Positions 9,840 to 21,300 of a stretch of 64,000 nt of DNA are shown here, in pieces. Where the stretch lies: NCBI GenBank assembly GCA_965222075.1, contig OZ244937.1, positions 1,632,001-1,696,000 on the forward strand, in the 5' to 3' direction. The first letter of the stretch is position 1. Each line of letters starts with the position of its first letter. A program made the translations under genes and the position numbers. This stretch comes from Candidatus Latescibacterota bacterium (GTDB lineage Bacteria > Latescibacterota > UBA2968 > GCA-2709665). A model generated the notes under the pieces. That model worked only from the letters and a program-made list of their open reading frames with translations. It did not search any database and was not told the origin of the DNA.

Positions 9840-12080
9840 ATGCTCCTTGTATGGGTCTGCGCCATTTTCCTCGGGGCCGGGCTGTTGTTTATGGTGCAGC
9901 CGATGATCGCGAAGATGATCCTACCCCTGCTCGGCGGCAGTCCCGCGGTGTGGAACACCTGCATCGTTTTCTTTCAAGCGGTGCTACTGTCGGGATATCT
10001 GTATGCTCACCTGCTCACGCGGCTCAAGAGCCGTTGGTGGCAGGTGGGTATACACTCGGTTGTGCTGGTGGCGGCTTTGGCCGCGTTGCCGGTCGGACTG
10101 CCGGCGAATTGGAAACCGCCGGCCGAACAGTCGCCAATCTGGTGGCTGCTCCTGGTATTGGTGTTCAGCGTTGGAGGACCTTTCTTCGTGTTATCGTCGG
10201 CAGGTCCGCTGCTGCAAAACTGGTTTGCAGGCGCCAAACACCGATTGGCGAGTGATCCCTATTTCCTGTATGCCTCAAGCAACGCGGGAAGCATGCTGGC
10301 GCTGCTGGGGTACCCGATAGCTGTCGAGCCGCTGATGGCTTTGCCGGCCCAGCGAGCACTCTGGTCGGTTGGGTATGTGGTGTTCATGGCATTTGTGATG
10401 GTGTGCGGACTCATGGTGGTGCGAAGCGCACCACCATCCTTGGAAGGCACGCCAGAGGGTGCGCCCGAACCCCTACCGCTGCGGACCCGGGCGTGGTGGG
10501 TACTGCTGGCATTTGTGCCGTCGAGCCTTATGCTGGGAGTAACACAACATCTGTCCACCAACATCACTACGTTTCCGCTGCTCTGGGTGATCCCGCTGGC
10601 GCTCTATCTGCTGACGTTTATCGTGGTGTTCTCAAAACGCGGGCGTAGGGCGGTGAAGGCGGCAACGGTCGTATTGCCTGTCGTGGTGGTGGCGGTAGCC
10701 ACGCTATTGGCAATAGAAATGGATAAAGCGGTAGATTTTCGCCAGCAAATTATGGCGCAGATCGTGATGCATTTGCTGGGACTGCTGGTAATCGGCCTCT
10801 TCTGTCACGGGCAGCTTGCGGCCGAGCGTCCGGAAACAGGCCGGTTGACGGAATTTTACCTGCTGATCGCGATCGGCGGGGTGCTGGGTGGCGCGTTCAA
10901 TTCGCTGATGGCGCCGGTACTGTTCGACTGGATCACAGAGTACCCTATCGCAATCGTGCTGGCATGTCTGCTGCGTTGGTGGACGTCAGAGAAGGAGCGG
11001 GTGCCAAGATCGGTTATGTGGCGTGACCGACTGCCGCGTGCGAGCGACGTGCTGCTGCCCATCCTGATCATTGCAATATATGTCGCCTCGCAGAAGATCC
11101 TGAATGACGAATTCGAGATGTTGGGCTGGAATGTATTATCCCGGTTCGGCTTACCGGCAATGGTGTGTCTGCTCTTCGCACCTCGGCGGTTGCGGTTTGC
11201 ATTGGGTGTGGCCGCGCTGATGTTGGCGCCCCGGTTGGGGGTTTTCGCCAACGAACAGCTCTACGTGAAACGAACGTTCTTCGGGGTTCATCAGGTGCTG
11301 CGCGAGCGTGAGGGGAGTGGACACTGGCACCACCTCTGGCACGGCTCGACAAGACACGGAATGCAGTACGACCAGGAGCCGTGGACCTCCAGGCCAACGA
11401 CATACTTCACGACAAGCGGACCGGTCGGCGACGTAATGCGAGTAATGGCATCAGATGGGAGGCCTCGACAGATCGCGTTTATCGGTCTGGGAATCGGGAC
11501 GCTGGCTGCATACGGGCACCCGGAATGGCAGATGACGTACTACGAGATTGACCCGGAAGTGGTGCGCATCGCGAAGGACCAGAGGTTCTTCACGTATTTG
11601 AGCAAGAGCAGATCTCCGATCGACATCGTGCTGGGGGACGCACGGCTGATGATCGCGGCGGCGGACAAGGGCCGGTACGACCTGATTCTTGTGGACGCAT
11701 TCAGTTCCGACGCGATCCCGGTACACCTGATCACTCGTGAGGCCGTAGAATTATACCTTGAGAAGCTGAAGCCGGATGGGATACTGATGTTCCACATCAC
11801 CAACTGGTACCTGGACCTGTCTCCGGTACTGGGTAAGATCGCGTCGGAGTTAAAGCTGGTGGCCGCACAGCGAAAAGACGGCCAGACCATGGAGTGGGAT
11901 CAGATCCGGGTCGGGAAAGATTTCTCGAAATGGGTAGTGCTCGCGCGCAAGCCAGCGGCGCTGGGTGCGATAGCACGGGGTGTGGTAAAAGGGTGGAAGC
12001 AACTGAAAGCGACGCCCGGAATGCCGGTGTGGACAGACGGCTACTCGAACATCCTGGGCGTGTTCAAATACTGGATGTAG
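9840..12080 (+). CDS. Fused membrane (MFS-like)/spermidine-synthase-type SAM methyltransferase
   Basis: VQPMIAKMILPLLGGSPAVWNTC; IGLGIGTLAAY, YEIDPEV, GDAR, VDAFSSDAIPVHL, WTDGYSN. Confidence 0.9.
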   Translation: MLLVWVCAIFLGAGLLFMVQPMIAKMILPLLGGSPAVWNTCIVFFQAVLLSGYLYAHLLTRLKSRWWQVGIHSVVLVAALAALPVGLPANWKPPAEQSPIWWLLLVLVFSVGGPFFVLSSAGPLLQNWFAGAKHRLASDPYFLYASSNAGSMLALLGYPIAVEPLMALPAQRALWSVGYVVFMAFVMVCGLMVVRSAPPSLEGTPEGAPEPLPLRTRAWWVLLAFVPSSLMLGVTQHLSTNITTFPLLWVIPLALYLLTFIVVFSKRGRRAVKAATVVLPVVVVAVATLLAIEMDKAVDFRQQIMAQIVMHLLGLLVIGLFCHGQLAAERPETGRLTEFYLLIAIGGVLGGAFNSLMAPVLFDWITEYPIAIVLACLLRWWTSEKERVPRSVMWRDRLPRASDVLLPILIIAIYVASQKILNDEFEMLGWNVLSRFGLPAMVCLLFAPRRLRFALGVAALMLAPRLGVFANEQLYVKRTFFGVHQVLREREGSGHWHHLWHGSTRHGMQYDQEPWTSRPTTYFTTSGPVGDVMRVMASDGRPRQIAFIGLGIGTLAAYGHPEWQMTYYEIDPEVVRIAKDQRFFTYLSKSRSPIDIVLGDARLMIAAADKGRYDLILVDAFSSDAIPVHLITREAVELYLEKLKPDGILMFHITNWYLDLSPVLGKIASELKLVAAQRKDGQTMEWDQIRVGKDFSKWVVLARKPAALGAIARGVVKGWKQLKATPGMPVWTDGYSNILGVFKYWM

Positions 12081-12103
12081 AGTCCATAGCGTTTGAAGGT
12101 GGA

Positions 12104-14599
12104 TCAACCTCCGTAGCGGAAGCGGATCTCACGGTTTGTGGATTTGCCGCTGACCAGATCCTTGATTTTGGCCTCCAGGACCTGCACCCCGGGTTTGGCC
12201 TTGCTCAGGTCAATTTCGAAGTATTCCTGCTCAGTTGGCTCCGATCCGACCTGCGTGTAGGTGACCGATACCTGGGGCTTCTTACGATTGAAAAGGCGGT
12301 CGAACCCGGAGGAAACCCTGCCGACAACACTCCCCGAACGCTCGGCAATGGACCGGATCAGGTACTTCACCTCGTAACGGGTCTGTCCGAAGGTGTTCTT
12401 TTCCAGGTTATAGATCTCGTAGTAGACGTAGATCTTCTGTTTTTCTCCATAGTTTCGGGTGGGCATCGGCACAACCCACAGATCACCCTTCCTGAACTTC
12501 CCCGCCGACCCCGTATCCCCGATGGCCGAAGCGAGCTGGATATCGCTGGTCTGAAGCGTCTCGACGCCGTAGTCCGGGACCTCCAAAGCCTGCTTATAAC
12601 GTCCGGTGTGCCCGGACTTCAGATCCTTGAGCTGGACCTGGAGTTCGTATTTCCCGGGAGGCACCTGGACCTTGAGCAGTTCGGGCAGGAATGCGCCCTT
12701 CGCCTTATTAAAGTCATTGCTGCCCTCATAGGTAAATGTTTCGATGTTCCGGTAGAGCGTCGTATGGCCCTCGTCGGCTAAGGCCAGGGCGCACTGCACC
12801 CGGATTTGGGCGGAGTCGGCCTGCTGCGCCATCTGAACCTGTTGGGGTGGAATGCCGTAGTAGACTTCAACGGTAGTCTGCCCGTTGGAACCGCGGAATT
12901 TGGCCAGGTCGTAATAGAAGTCGAGCACCGGGCCCAGGATGCCCGGGCGGTAGTAGTCGGGTGTTTCGGCGGCGGTATTCTGGTAAATCATCACAGGTGC
13001 ATATTGTGTTACGCGCGATGCCAAAGCTTGCTGGGACAGGGGTGTGATCGGAGGGATCGGGGCAAAATCGAACTGTCCATTGCTCCTCTCGTCGGTGAAG
13101 ACGAACTCGACGCCCCCCTGGAGTTGCGTGTAGGTCCAGGTTTCCCAGGGCACCGTGGCGGCATCGGTGTGGATCGTAACCGGGAGGTAGCCGTCGAAGT
13201 TCAGCCGGGTCTGCAGGTTGCCGTATTCGTCGAAGCGAGCCCCGTCCTTATCCTCGTACCTTTCTCTGTCGCCTGGATTGATGTCCGGCGTTTCGCCTCC
13301 CCCATCGAATGGATTCTCGGCCAGTTCCGCATTGGGGTTGTCGATGGGGTCACTGGATATATTCTCGCCGCGCAGTGGGTCGTCCAGCGGGTTGTTGCTC
13401 AGGTCACTGAGCTGATCAAGCTTGCGCTGGGTATAGGGGTGGCGGTGCGCCTTGATCGGGTAGACGGGACCGGTGAAGGTCAGCAAAGTGGCCTCCGGTC
13501 CATACAGATTTATGGCCATACGGGTGCGCACGGCATCAACTTCGAGGCTTTGTTTGAAGTTTCTCTGGTAAGACCGGGACCGGTAGTTGGGCTCTCCAAA
13601 GCGGATGTAGACCTCCCCGCGCCGATCCCAGGGATGAATCTTATCGGCGAAGAAGGTGAGGGCGTACCAGACCCGGCGGTAGTGCTCGATGATGCGTTCG
13701 TTGATCCGGGTCAGAATATCGGGGTCCCGGCGCACCCAGAACTGCTTTAAGTAGGCATGCTGATCGGCTTCGTCAGAGAGGGCCTCATAATCCTGAAGTT
13801 CCACCTTGGAAGCCACGAATGAGATATCGGTATAAAGTTGATGCTCCTGCTCCTCTATGTTCTGCAGATAGCGCTCGAAGTATTCCAGGGCGTGGTCGTA
13901 GCGCTCCTGGAAGAAGTGGCTCTGGGCCACCAGAGGGAGGAGCCGGGCCTGCCAGGGATGGGTTTGCAGATAGGGCGCGACGTAACTGTCGATCTTGTCG
14001 AACTGTTTGGCCTGTACACACGCGAGCCCGAAGTAGTAGAGTCCGTCCGGATTATCGGGCTCCAACTCGACATATTTCAGGTAGTGTTGAATCGCCTTTT
14101 CGTGGTTTTCCGGAAAGCGCTCATAGATTTCTCCAAGAAGGCGGTAGGTCGGTGCGTAGGTCGAATCGATTTTGAGCGCCCGCTTTGCCTCGCCCCTTGC
14201 ACGCCGGTAATTGTGGAAAGCCACCATCCCCCAGACAGGGGTCTCTGCATAAACCAGCCCGAGACCCACATAGGCGGCAGCGAGGTTCTTATCGAGCTTC
14301 TTGGCCGCCTGGAAAGCCGCTTTGGCTGCCTTAAGATCCTCTTTGCTAAGGTAGACATAACCAAGCCGGGTTCGGAGGTCGGCATCCTCCGGAAATGCCG
14401 CGACGAGGCGGGTGAAAGTCTCAACAGCCTTATTGAGTTCGCCCGCATCTACCTGCCGCTGTCCCAGAACGATCAAAGAATCCCGTTTGGCTTCGGAGAG
14501 GGTCGGCGTCGCCGCTTCCGACGGCCCCTCCTCCATCGGAATCCAGAAAAAGAGCCACAAAAACAGGGCGAAACGCCGGAATAGGGTTGCAGTTTTCAT
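12104..14599 (-). CDS. TPR + GWxTD-domain exported protein
   Basis: RBS AGGAGG before ATG 14599; signal peptide; TPR repeats; FWVRRDPD...NERIIEHYRRVWYA...WDRRGEVYIRFGEP. Confidence 0.85.
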   Translation of the reverse strand: MKTATLFRRFALFLWLFFWIPMEEGPSEAATPTLSEAKRDSLIVLGQRQVDAGELNKAVETFTRLVAAFPEDADLRTRLGYVYLSKEDLKAAKAAFQAAKKLDKNLAAAYVGLGLVYAETPVWGMVAFHNYRRARGEAKRALKIDSTYAPTYRLLGEIYERFPENHEKAIQHYLKYVELEPDNPDGLYYFGLACVQAKQFDKIDSYVAPYLQTHPWQARLLPLVAQSHFFQERYDHALEYFERYLQNIEEQEHQLYTDISFVASKVELQDYEALSDEADQHAYLKQFWVRRDPDILTRINERIIEHYRRVWYALTFFADKIHPWDRRGEVYIRFGEPNYRSRSYQRNFKQSLEVDAVRTRMAINLYGPEATLLTFTGPVYPIKAHRHPYTQRKLDQLSDLSNNPLDDPLRGENISSDPIDNPNAELAENPFDGGGETPDINPGDRERYEDKDGARFDEYGNLQTRLNFDGYLPVTIHTDAATVPWETWTYTQLQGGVEFVFTDERSNGQFDFAPIPPITPLSQQALASRVTQYAPVMIYQNTAAETPDYYRPGILGPVLDFYYDLAKFRGSNGQTTVEVYYGIPPQQVQMAQQADSAQIRVQCALALADEGHTTLYRNIETFTYEGSNDFNKAKGAFLPELLKVQVPPGKYELQVQLKDLKSGHTGRYKQALEVPDYGVETLQTSDIQLASAIGDTGSAGKFRKGDLWVVPMPTRNYGEKQKIYVYYEIYNLEKNTFGQTRYEVKYLIRSIAERSGSVVGRVSSGFDRLFNRKKPQVSVTYTQVGSEPTEQEYFEIDLSKAKPGVQVLEAKIKDLVSGKSTNREIRFRYGG

Positions 14600-14810
14600 C
14601 GGCTCCTCCTTATACTTGAGCCATATACCTCCAAAAAACAATCGGCGCCCTATTGAGAGATCGCTTGCAAATAAAACGGCGGCCAATGCGCCTCGGCCAA
14701 TCCCGGCTAAAGGACACATCGTACCGCCGCCACGTTTATCCCGCTCCGGAATCGGCCCCGAAAACCTCGGCATACCAATCCCTTGCGTCTTCCGACCGGC
14801 CTGGAAAACG

Positions 14811-15791
14811 TTAGAATGCGCCGCCTACGGAGAGTCGGATTGGCGCGTCGAGAAAAGGCCCGAAGTCGGAGTAGGACAAATCGACCATAACCGATCGGTC
14901 GCCGAAGGCGCCCTTGAAGCCGGCCCCGATGCTCCAGCTCTCCTCGTCGTAATTGACCTTGTATCCACCCCTCACGGCCAAGACGTTCGCCATCCACAAT
15001 TCGGTTCCAAAATTCCACCGCTGTTCAAAATCGACTGAGTAGACGCTCGCAAACGAGACCGTCAGATAAGTCGGATCCCCCTGCTTTCCGTAGACTTCCA
15101 TGGCCGCGCCAACGTCGAAGTTCATCGGCATCAGGAACTTCTGATTTTCTCCCACCACCTTCGTATCCGGCCCAAAGTTCCGCATCGATAGCGCAATACG
15201 AGAACTCCGGAATCCGGTGAAGAAATAGGTGCCGACGTCCAGTACGGTTGCTGTGATCTGGTCCTGGTGCAGCGTCTCACTTACATACGTTGCTTTCAAC
15301 CCCAACCCCAATCTATCCGTTGCCTTCCAGGCATAAGCAACGCCGATGGCGTTTGCCCCGCTCTTGATCTTTTCACCCGTGCCCCCGGGGTTATAAATGG
15401 TTCGCACCTCCATCTCGCCTACGTCGTAATTCAAAAGGCTGATGCCGATCACACCCTTGGTCGTGTTGTAGGCCACCGCCCCGTTGTAAAATGCCGTATC
15501 CACCAGCCACCTGGTGTACGAAAAAGTATACGAGGCCCTTTTGATCAACGCCAGTCCGGCCGGGTTAAAGAAGATCGCGTTGATATCGTTGGCCACAGAC
15601 GAGAAGGCATCCCCCATAGCAGCCGTGCGCGCGCCCTGGGTCACATTCATGAACGAGAATGCCGCGACCCCCAGCTTTCTGAAGTCTTCAGATCTGATGA
15701 TTTGGGGGAAATCTCCGGCATCTGCGGGCGAACTCCAAAGCCCGCCTCCTGCCAGCAGGACCGCCGCTGTCAGACAGAGTATCCACTTCAT
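14811..15791 (-). CDS. PorV/PorQ-family outer-membrane beta-barrel
   Basis: Signal peptide; GARTAAMGDAF..ANDINAIFFNPAGLA; terminal Phe. Confidence 0.8.
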   Translation of the reverse strand: MKWILCLTAAVLLAGGGLWSSPADAGDFPQIIRSEDFRKLGVAAFSFMNVTQGARTAAMGDAFSSVANDINAIFFNPAGLALIKRASYTFSYTRWLVDTAFYNGAVAYNTTKGVIGISLLNYDVGEMEVRTIYNPGGTGEKIKSGANAIGVAYAWKATDRLGLGLKATYVSETLHQDQITATVLDVGTYFFTGFRSSRIALSMRNFGPDTKVVGENQKFLMPMNFDVGAAMEVYGKQGDPTYLTVSFASVYSVDFEQRWNFGTELWMANVLAVRGGYKVNYDEESWSIGAGFKGAFGDRSVMVDLSYSDFGPFLDAPIRLSVGGAF

Positions 15792-15834
15792 AATCCGTCG
15801 CTCCTTTTCAAAGAGTGCCATCTATCGCCCCTGT

Positions 15835-18225
15835 CTACCGGATGACCATAAATTTGCCGCTTTTCATCTGCCCCTGACTCTCGGATACCAGAGATTCCAC
15901 CACGAAGAAGTAAACCCCCGAGGGAAGAAAACCCGTGCCCAGCGACCGATTCAGCTGATCCCACTCGGCCTCGCCCAGCCACGTGTCGGGACTGTCCGGA
16001 TTTGCTGTGCGGTCATCGTGTATAATATCCCCGACCAGATCCCCCCGGGTGTTGTAGACCCGGATCCGGGATTTGCTCGGCACATTCACAAATCGGATCT
16101 GAACCTTACCCGGATACTGAAGGTTGGCATCTTGGTTTCGGAAAGGGTTGGGCACCACGAAAGGCTCCCGGCCCAACTGCTCCGTCTCGGCCACGGCCGG
16201 CTGCTTGGGGCTCCTGAAGGGCGGCATTCGCTGTGACTGCGCCCACTGGCCCGCCTCCAGCCCGGCCTTCACCCGGGCCTGCACCTGTTCGGGCAGCGTT
16301 GCCAGTGTACCCACCCGGCCGACCCAGTCATCGTGTCCGTTGGCAAACGTCCGGACCGAATACCAGTAGTTGAACCCGGCCACCGACATATCGTCCGTGA
16401 ATTGGTGTGTCCCCCTCGGCACCTCGCCGATCTTTGTCCACGGCCCGTCCGGGTTCCACTCCGCCCTGTAGATCCGGTAGCCTGCCACATCCTGCTCGCC
16501 GTAATCCGGATTCACCGCATTGTCCGCCGAATTCCAGAAGACCTCGAGCGTGGCCTGGGGGCTGTTTCGAGTCTGGATGTATACGTCCGGCGGGGCGTCC
16601 GGCAGGTCGTACTCGTTATCGTAGGCCCACTTGGCCCGCTTGAAGAACTCCACCAGCCAGGTGTGGCCTTCGGGCAGGGCGCCGTAGTTGTACAGATTTG
16701 ACCGCGTCCAGGTGTAGAGGTCGTCCTCGCCCGCAGGGGAACCGCCCGCCCAGGCCAACACCAGCTTCCCCTTCTGCCCGGGGGCCAGCGTGTAGGGCCC
16801 GTAGGAATGCGTAGCGTAAAACGCCCCCATCACGGCCGGCGTGGGGTCCTCACCCGGGGTCGTCATCAGGTCGAACATGGTCTTCCGGTTATGGGCCCCC
16901 GGCCGGGGATCCTCTGAAACCGTCTCGCTCTCGATCCGCCAGTAGCGCGTCGAGTTGGGCTGTTCACCCTGCGGCTGGACATATTTCCCCAGATCCCGGG
17001 AGTTGAACGACCACTGCCCGCCGTCCTCATAGGCCAGAGGGCCATACCCCAAATGCTGGTACGAAGTAAACTCCCCGTCCTTCCGCCCCGTATCGCACGA
17101 AGGAGAGATAATGGTCAGGTTGACCGGATCCCCCGTATCGTTCCATGGAAACTCCGCACTGTCGCCGTCCCAGTCGATAAACATCTTCAGACCCTTGCCT
17201 GGACCCGAATAGTCCGCAGCCTCCGTATAGACGATCCAGTCGTCTAAGGCCTGCTTGATATAGTGATACCACTGGTCGGACAGATTGTAGTGGGAAAGCC
17301 CGGCGTCCGTAAGCATCCAGTTGTTGAGAATCGAGATATAGACGTCGTTCAGTGTCTCCGCCGGCAGATCGCGTTCCCCATCCCCATTGCTGTCCCCCGT
17401 GTTTTCGAACTCGATCTCCACAATGAAGAAATCGTCCCAGTCGGGATAGCTCCAGTTCAGGTTTCTCCGGGTGAAGGTGACGCCTGCAAGCGTGGTCCAT
17501 TTGCTTACGATGATCTCTTCCGCCCACTCGTCCGAACGGCTCGACGGCGCAGACGGAGGGCCGGGAGTCTGGTACTCCCCGAACCGCCAGTTGTCAATCC
17601 TGCTGGGCCGCCAGTTCAGCGGGTCGTCGGTCTTCATCTCGGAGAGAGTCGCACTCCACGTGGTCGGATGATAGTAAGGAGCGCCTGTCCGCCAGGCCTG
17701 GCCGGCCCCGATCGCAGACGACGGCCTTTCCCTCGGCTCTCCCCCCAGATATTTCAAATCATCGTCCTGCGAGGGATCCGGCAGCATCGGGAAAATCTCG
17801 TCGAGCATGTCCGACCTGGGCCCGGTGAGCACCGCGTAGTACCCGTCCTTGGCATAGGTCTTGCCAATCGGGAAGTTCGCCGGCACCCGGAGCGCCAGGC
17901 CGATCCCTTCACCCTGGGAGCCGCTCTCTAAGCGCGCCTCGCTGTTGCAGTCCACGCGAAAATTGGACAACCGGCTGGCCCAACCTTCCCCCGTGATGAT
18001 GTCGCCGCCCGCAGTCGCGGGGTAAATCTGGCTGATGGACCGGGAAAGTGCGGCGCCTATGGATCCTCCCTGTGTACCCAGATTGGTCACAGACGTCCCC
18101 AGCATCGACCGGGTCAGACTGGACCGGCCGGCCCCGCCCGGGTTGTTCGCCTGAGCCCCCACGTCCAGGCACCAGCTCACTGTCAGCACACAGCCTGCAA
18201 GAACCTTCCAAACACTCAAACGCAT
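15835..18225 (-). CDS. Secreted protein with FnIII-like region and T9SS-CTD/FlgD-like C-terminus
   Basis: Signal peptide; PDAPP...VAGYRIYR; C-terminal VVPNPF...IRVYNTRGDLV...SGVYFFVVES...GKFMVIR. Confidence 0.75.
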   Translation of the reverse strand: MRLSVWKVLAGCVLTVSWCLDVGAQANNPGGAGRSSLTRSMLGTSVTNLGTQGGSIGAALSRSISQIYPATAGGDIITGEGWASRLSNFRVDCNSEARLESGSQGEGIGLALRVPANFPIGKTYAKDGYYAVLTGPRSDMLDEIFPMLPDPSQDDDLKYLGGEPRERPSSAIGAGQAWRTGAPYYHPTTWSATLSEMKTDDPLNWRPSRIDNWRFGEYQTPGPPSAPSSRSDEWAEEIIVSKWTTLAGVTFTRRNLNWSYPDWDDFFIVEIEFENTGDSNGDGERDLPAETLNDVYISILNNWMLTDAGLSHYNLSDQWYHYIKQALDDWIVYTEAADYSGPGKGLKMFIDWDGDSAEFPWNDTGDPVNLTIISPSCDTGRKDGEFTSYQHLGYGPLAYEDGGQWSFNSRDLGKYVQPQGEQPNSTRYWRIESETVSEDPRPGAHNRKTMFDLMTTPGEDPTPAVMGAFYATHSYGPYTLAPGQKGKLVLAWAGGSPAGEDDLYTWTRSNLYNYGALPEGHTWLVEFFKRAKWAYDNEYDLPDAPPDVYIQTRNSPQATLEVFWNSADNAVNPDYGEQDVAGYRIYRAEWNPDGPWTKIGEVPRGTHQFTDDMSVAGFNYWYSVRTFANGHDDWVGRVGTLATLPEQVQARVKAGLEAGQWAQSQRMPPFRSPKQPAVAETEQLGREPFVVPNPFRNQDANLQYPGKVQIRFVNVPSKSRIRVYNTRGDLVGDIIHDDRTANPDSPDTWLGEAEWDQLNRSLGTGFLPSGVYFFVVESLVSESQGQMKSGKFMVIR

Positions 18226-18315
18226 CGGATACCCTCCTTTTGATACCATAAAATATAAAGGCAGGATAAGGACAGAAGCTCCTATATCCGGGACCCTGGG
18301 ACCGACGGCCGTTCG

Positions 18316-21300
18316 CTAGAAATTCGATCTGAGCCCCACCTCTACCTTCCGGGGCGCCCCGTAGAAGCTCCGGTCGCCGAGATCTCCATACCGGACGAAC
18401 TCGGAGTTGTCCGGCCGGGGTCTCTGCAGACCCCAGTTGACCCAGTCGGTCGTATTAAACGAACTGTCGTCCGCCTGGTTAAACATGTTCCGGACCTGCA
18501 TGAAAAGGCTGACATCTTTCCCGCCGCCGAATGGGAATCGTTTCTCCACGGCCAGATCCGTCCAGGTGCGGACGGGACGGGCCCGCCGCACCCGCCCGGC
18601 ATTCGGTGGGGTGTACCAGAAGCCCCCTGTGTTCTGCAGGCGCCAGATGAGGTTGACCCGCCAGTTGGCCAGCACCTTGCTCCCGAGTAGACGGGCATCC
18701 GGCCCGTAGTCCGGCGGTGTGTGGTAGACGAACTGCAAGCTGGCCTGGTTGCGGATGTCTCCGCCGTCGGGATTCAGGCCGGTATAATACCCCCGCACCC
18801 AGACTTTGAGGTGCTCCTCGTTGAACTCGTCAATGTCCGTATAACCCGCATACGAGATGGGCATATCTAAACCGTCGGCCGTGAGCGTCTGTTCGTAGCC
18901 CTTTCCTCCGGGCCTGCCGTGCCGATTCCTGTTGTTTCTGATCACATTGTTGGCAGTGTGCCCGATCGCCCTGATCTGTTCCTCGGTCAGGGGCACCGGC
19001 ACCTCTTGGCCGTTTTGGACCGTGAACTCGTACCAGTAGCGCCCGCTGGCAATATAAGTGGAGTCGGGATACATGAAGTTGAACCAGGCGTCCCAGTTGC
19101 CCCAGGCCTGCTGCGCGTCGGTCAGGTTGTAGCTCAGGTTGAACGCAAAGTTGTTGGTGAACGACTTGCTGAGGGAAAACTCCAGCCCCCGCTGCTCCTC
19201 GAACCCGTTGTTGTGGAGCATCCGGGCGTAAGGCGCCATCCACCCCGGTTTGTGAGGCGCGTAAAAGCGGGCATCGGAGTGGTAGTGGAACTGGTCCTTT
19301 GCGCTTTTATAGTAGAGCGCAACAGCAGCGACATAATTTGACACAAAGTTCCAGTCGGCCCCCACCTCCATCGACACCGTCTGCTCCGGACGCAGGTCGG
19401 AAGTTCCGAACGATTCTCTCCAGTAGGGCCGCATGGCATTGTAGAGCTCGTTCGAATCGATCCTGCCGTTATCGTTCCAGTCGTTGTCTTCGCCCGCAAC
19501 CCGCCAGTCCGAACTGGTGAACCAGTAGACATCCGGATAGGCCAGGAACAGACCGACGAAGTAGTGCATGGAGGCTTTATCCGTGATCGGATGCGACACC
19601 CCGAACCTGGGACTCACATTTGTGAAAACCCTCGGGTCCTTCATCGGCGCATTCTGGTAGCGCAGGGGCGAGAAGTACATCGGAGAAAACGCGTAATTCG
19701 TGAGCGAGGGGAACTTGGACACCGGGTCGAGCCGGTCGATCCGCAGGCCCGCGTTGATGACCATTCCCTCGAACTCCATCTTATCCTGCACGTAGAACGC
19801 CAGGTGCAGCGGCTTTGAGGGATTTCCGATCACGGCCTCCGCGCCCGTGTACTCAAGCCGCCGGGCCGTTGGCGATTCGTAGGAGAACCGGGTTTGCCAC
19901 ACGCTGTACTTGATCGCCTCCATCCCGACCTTCAAGAAGTGTCCTTTCGTCACCTGGCTGGCCAGGTCAAACTTCAACTGATACCGCCTTCGGTCAGAAA
20001 TCCCCCATTGATTGATCTGCCGGTCGGTGACAAACCAGCCCTGTTCATCCGTGCTTGGATCTCCGGTCCTCGGCGATATAGACCCGACCGTATCCTGCCG
20101 GGTCCTGTACCGGGAAATCCTCAGATCGTAGAACGTCTTGGCAGACAGAGAGTGCGTGAACGCCACGTATTCCATGTCGTGGAGCGTTTCCATTTTACCC
20201 GATGCGCTCCACTCCTCCGGCAAAAAGAGGTTCTTCCCGTTGTCGTCTATGCCCCGGATGGTCCCGGTTCTGGATGTCAGCCCCCCGATGTTTCGATACG
20301 AACCGTTGTCCCTTCCCATATACTGGTCATTGTACGAGAACAGCCCCCCGACCTTCACCTTGATTTCTGTCGTTAGACGGAAGGCAAAGCTGGACGATCC
20401 CTGGAAGTTTTTGGTGGACGGGACGAAGCTTCCCCGCTCGGTCAAAAAACCTCTTTCCGTCGCACTGGGGTACACGGGGGCGATCCGGCTCGTGCTGCCG
20501 CTCAAGATGAACGAAACCCGATCCGTCAGAGGCCCGGAAACGGTCCCTTCCATCTCGTGGCCCGATACCTCGTCGTACCGCGAGCGCTTATGCACAACGC
20601 GCCCCGTTGCCGGGTTGCGCTCGTTCTCCCACTGCCCATCCCCCCACTTCATCTTGTCCCGGTGCATCGGGCTATCGTATATATTTGCCCCCCAGTGCTG
20701 CTGGCCGCCGGGGTGATACTTGTACTCCGTCCACGCACGGAAACTCTGACCCCCGTCTTTCGTCACGATGTTGACGACCCCGGCCTGCGCATTGCCGAAT
20801 TCGGCATTCATCCCGCCGGTCACCACCGCGATCTCCTGCACGGCCGACCGATTGATCGACTGCCATTGGTGGGAATCCGCGCCATCGCTGTTCACGATCT
20901 TCACACCGTCAACATAATAGGCCACATCGCCGCCCACTTTGCCCCGCCATTCCCCCGCACTGGTGCTGCCCCTCATCCGGCCGGACCCATCCAGGTGCAC
21001 CCCCGGCTGAAGCGTGATCATTTCGCTCGTGGACCTGACGATCGGGAGGTTTTCGATCTCGTCGGCGCCCACCGTATACTTGGAGAAGGTCTTGTCCACC
21101 TCCACAGGGGGACTTACGGCCTTCACCACCATCTCCTCCAGTTCCAGCGCCGCCTCTGCCAGTGTAAACGTCACCTCCGTGGTATGGTCCACCTCCACCC
21201 GGACGTCCGTCTTCGTCTCTGTCTGATATCCGACCAGAGAGGCCGTCAGGGTGTGAAGGCCGGGATCGACCGCCAGGATGACATAATATCCACTCTCATC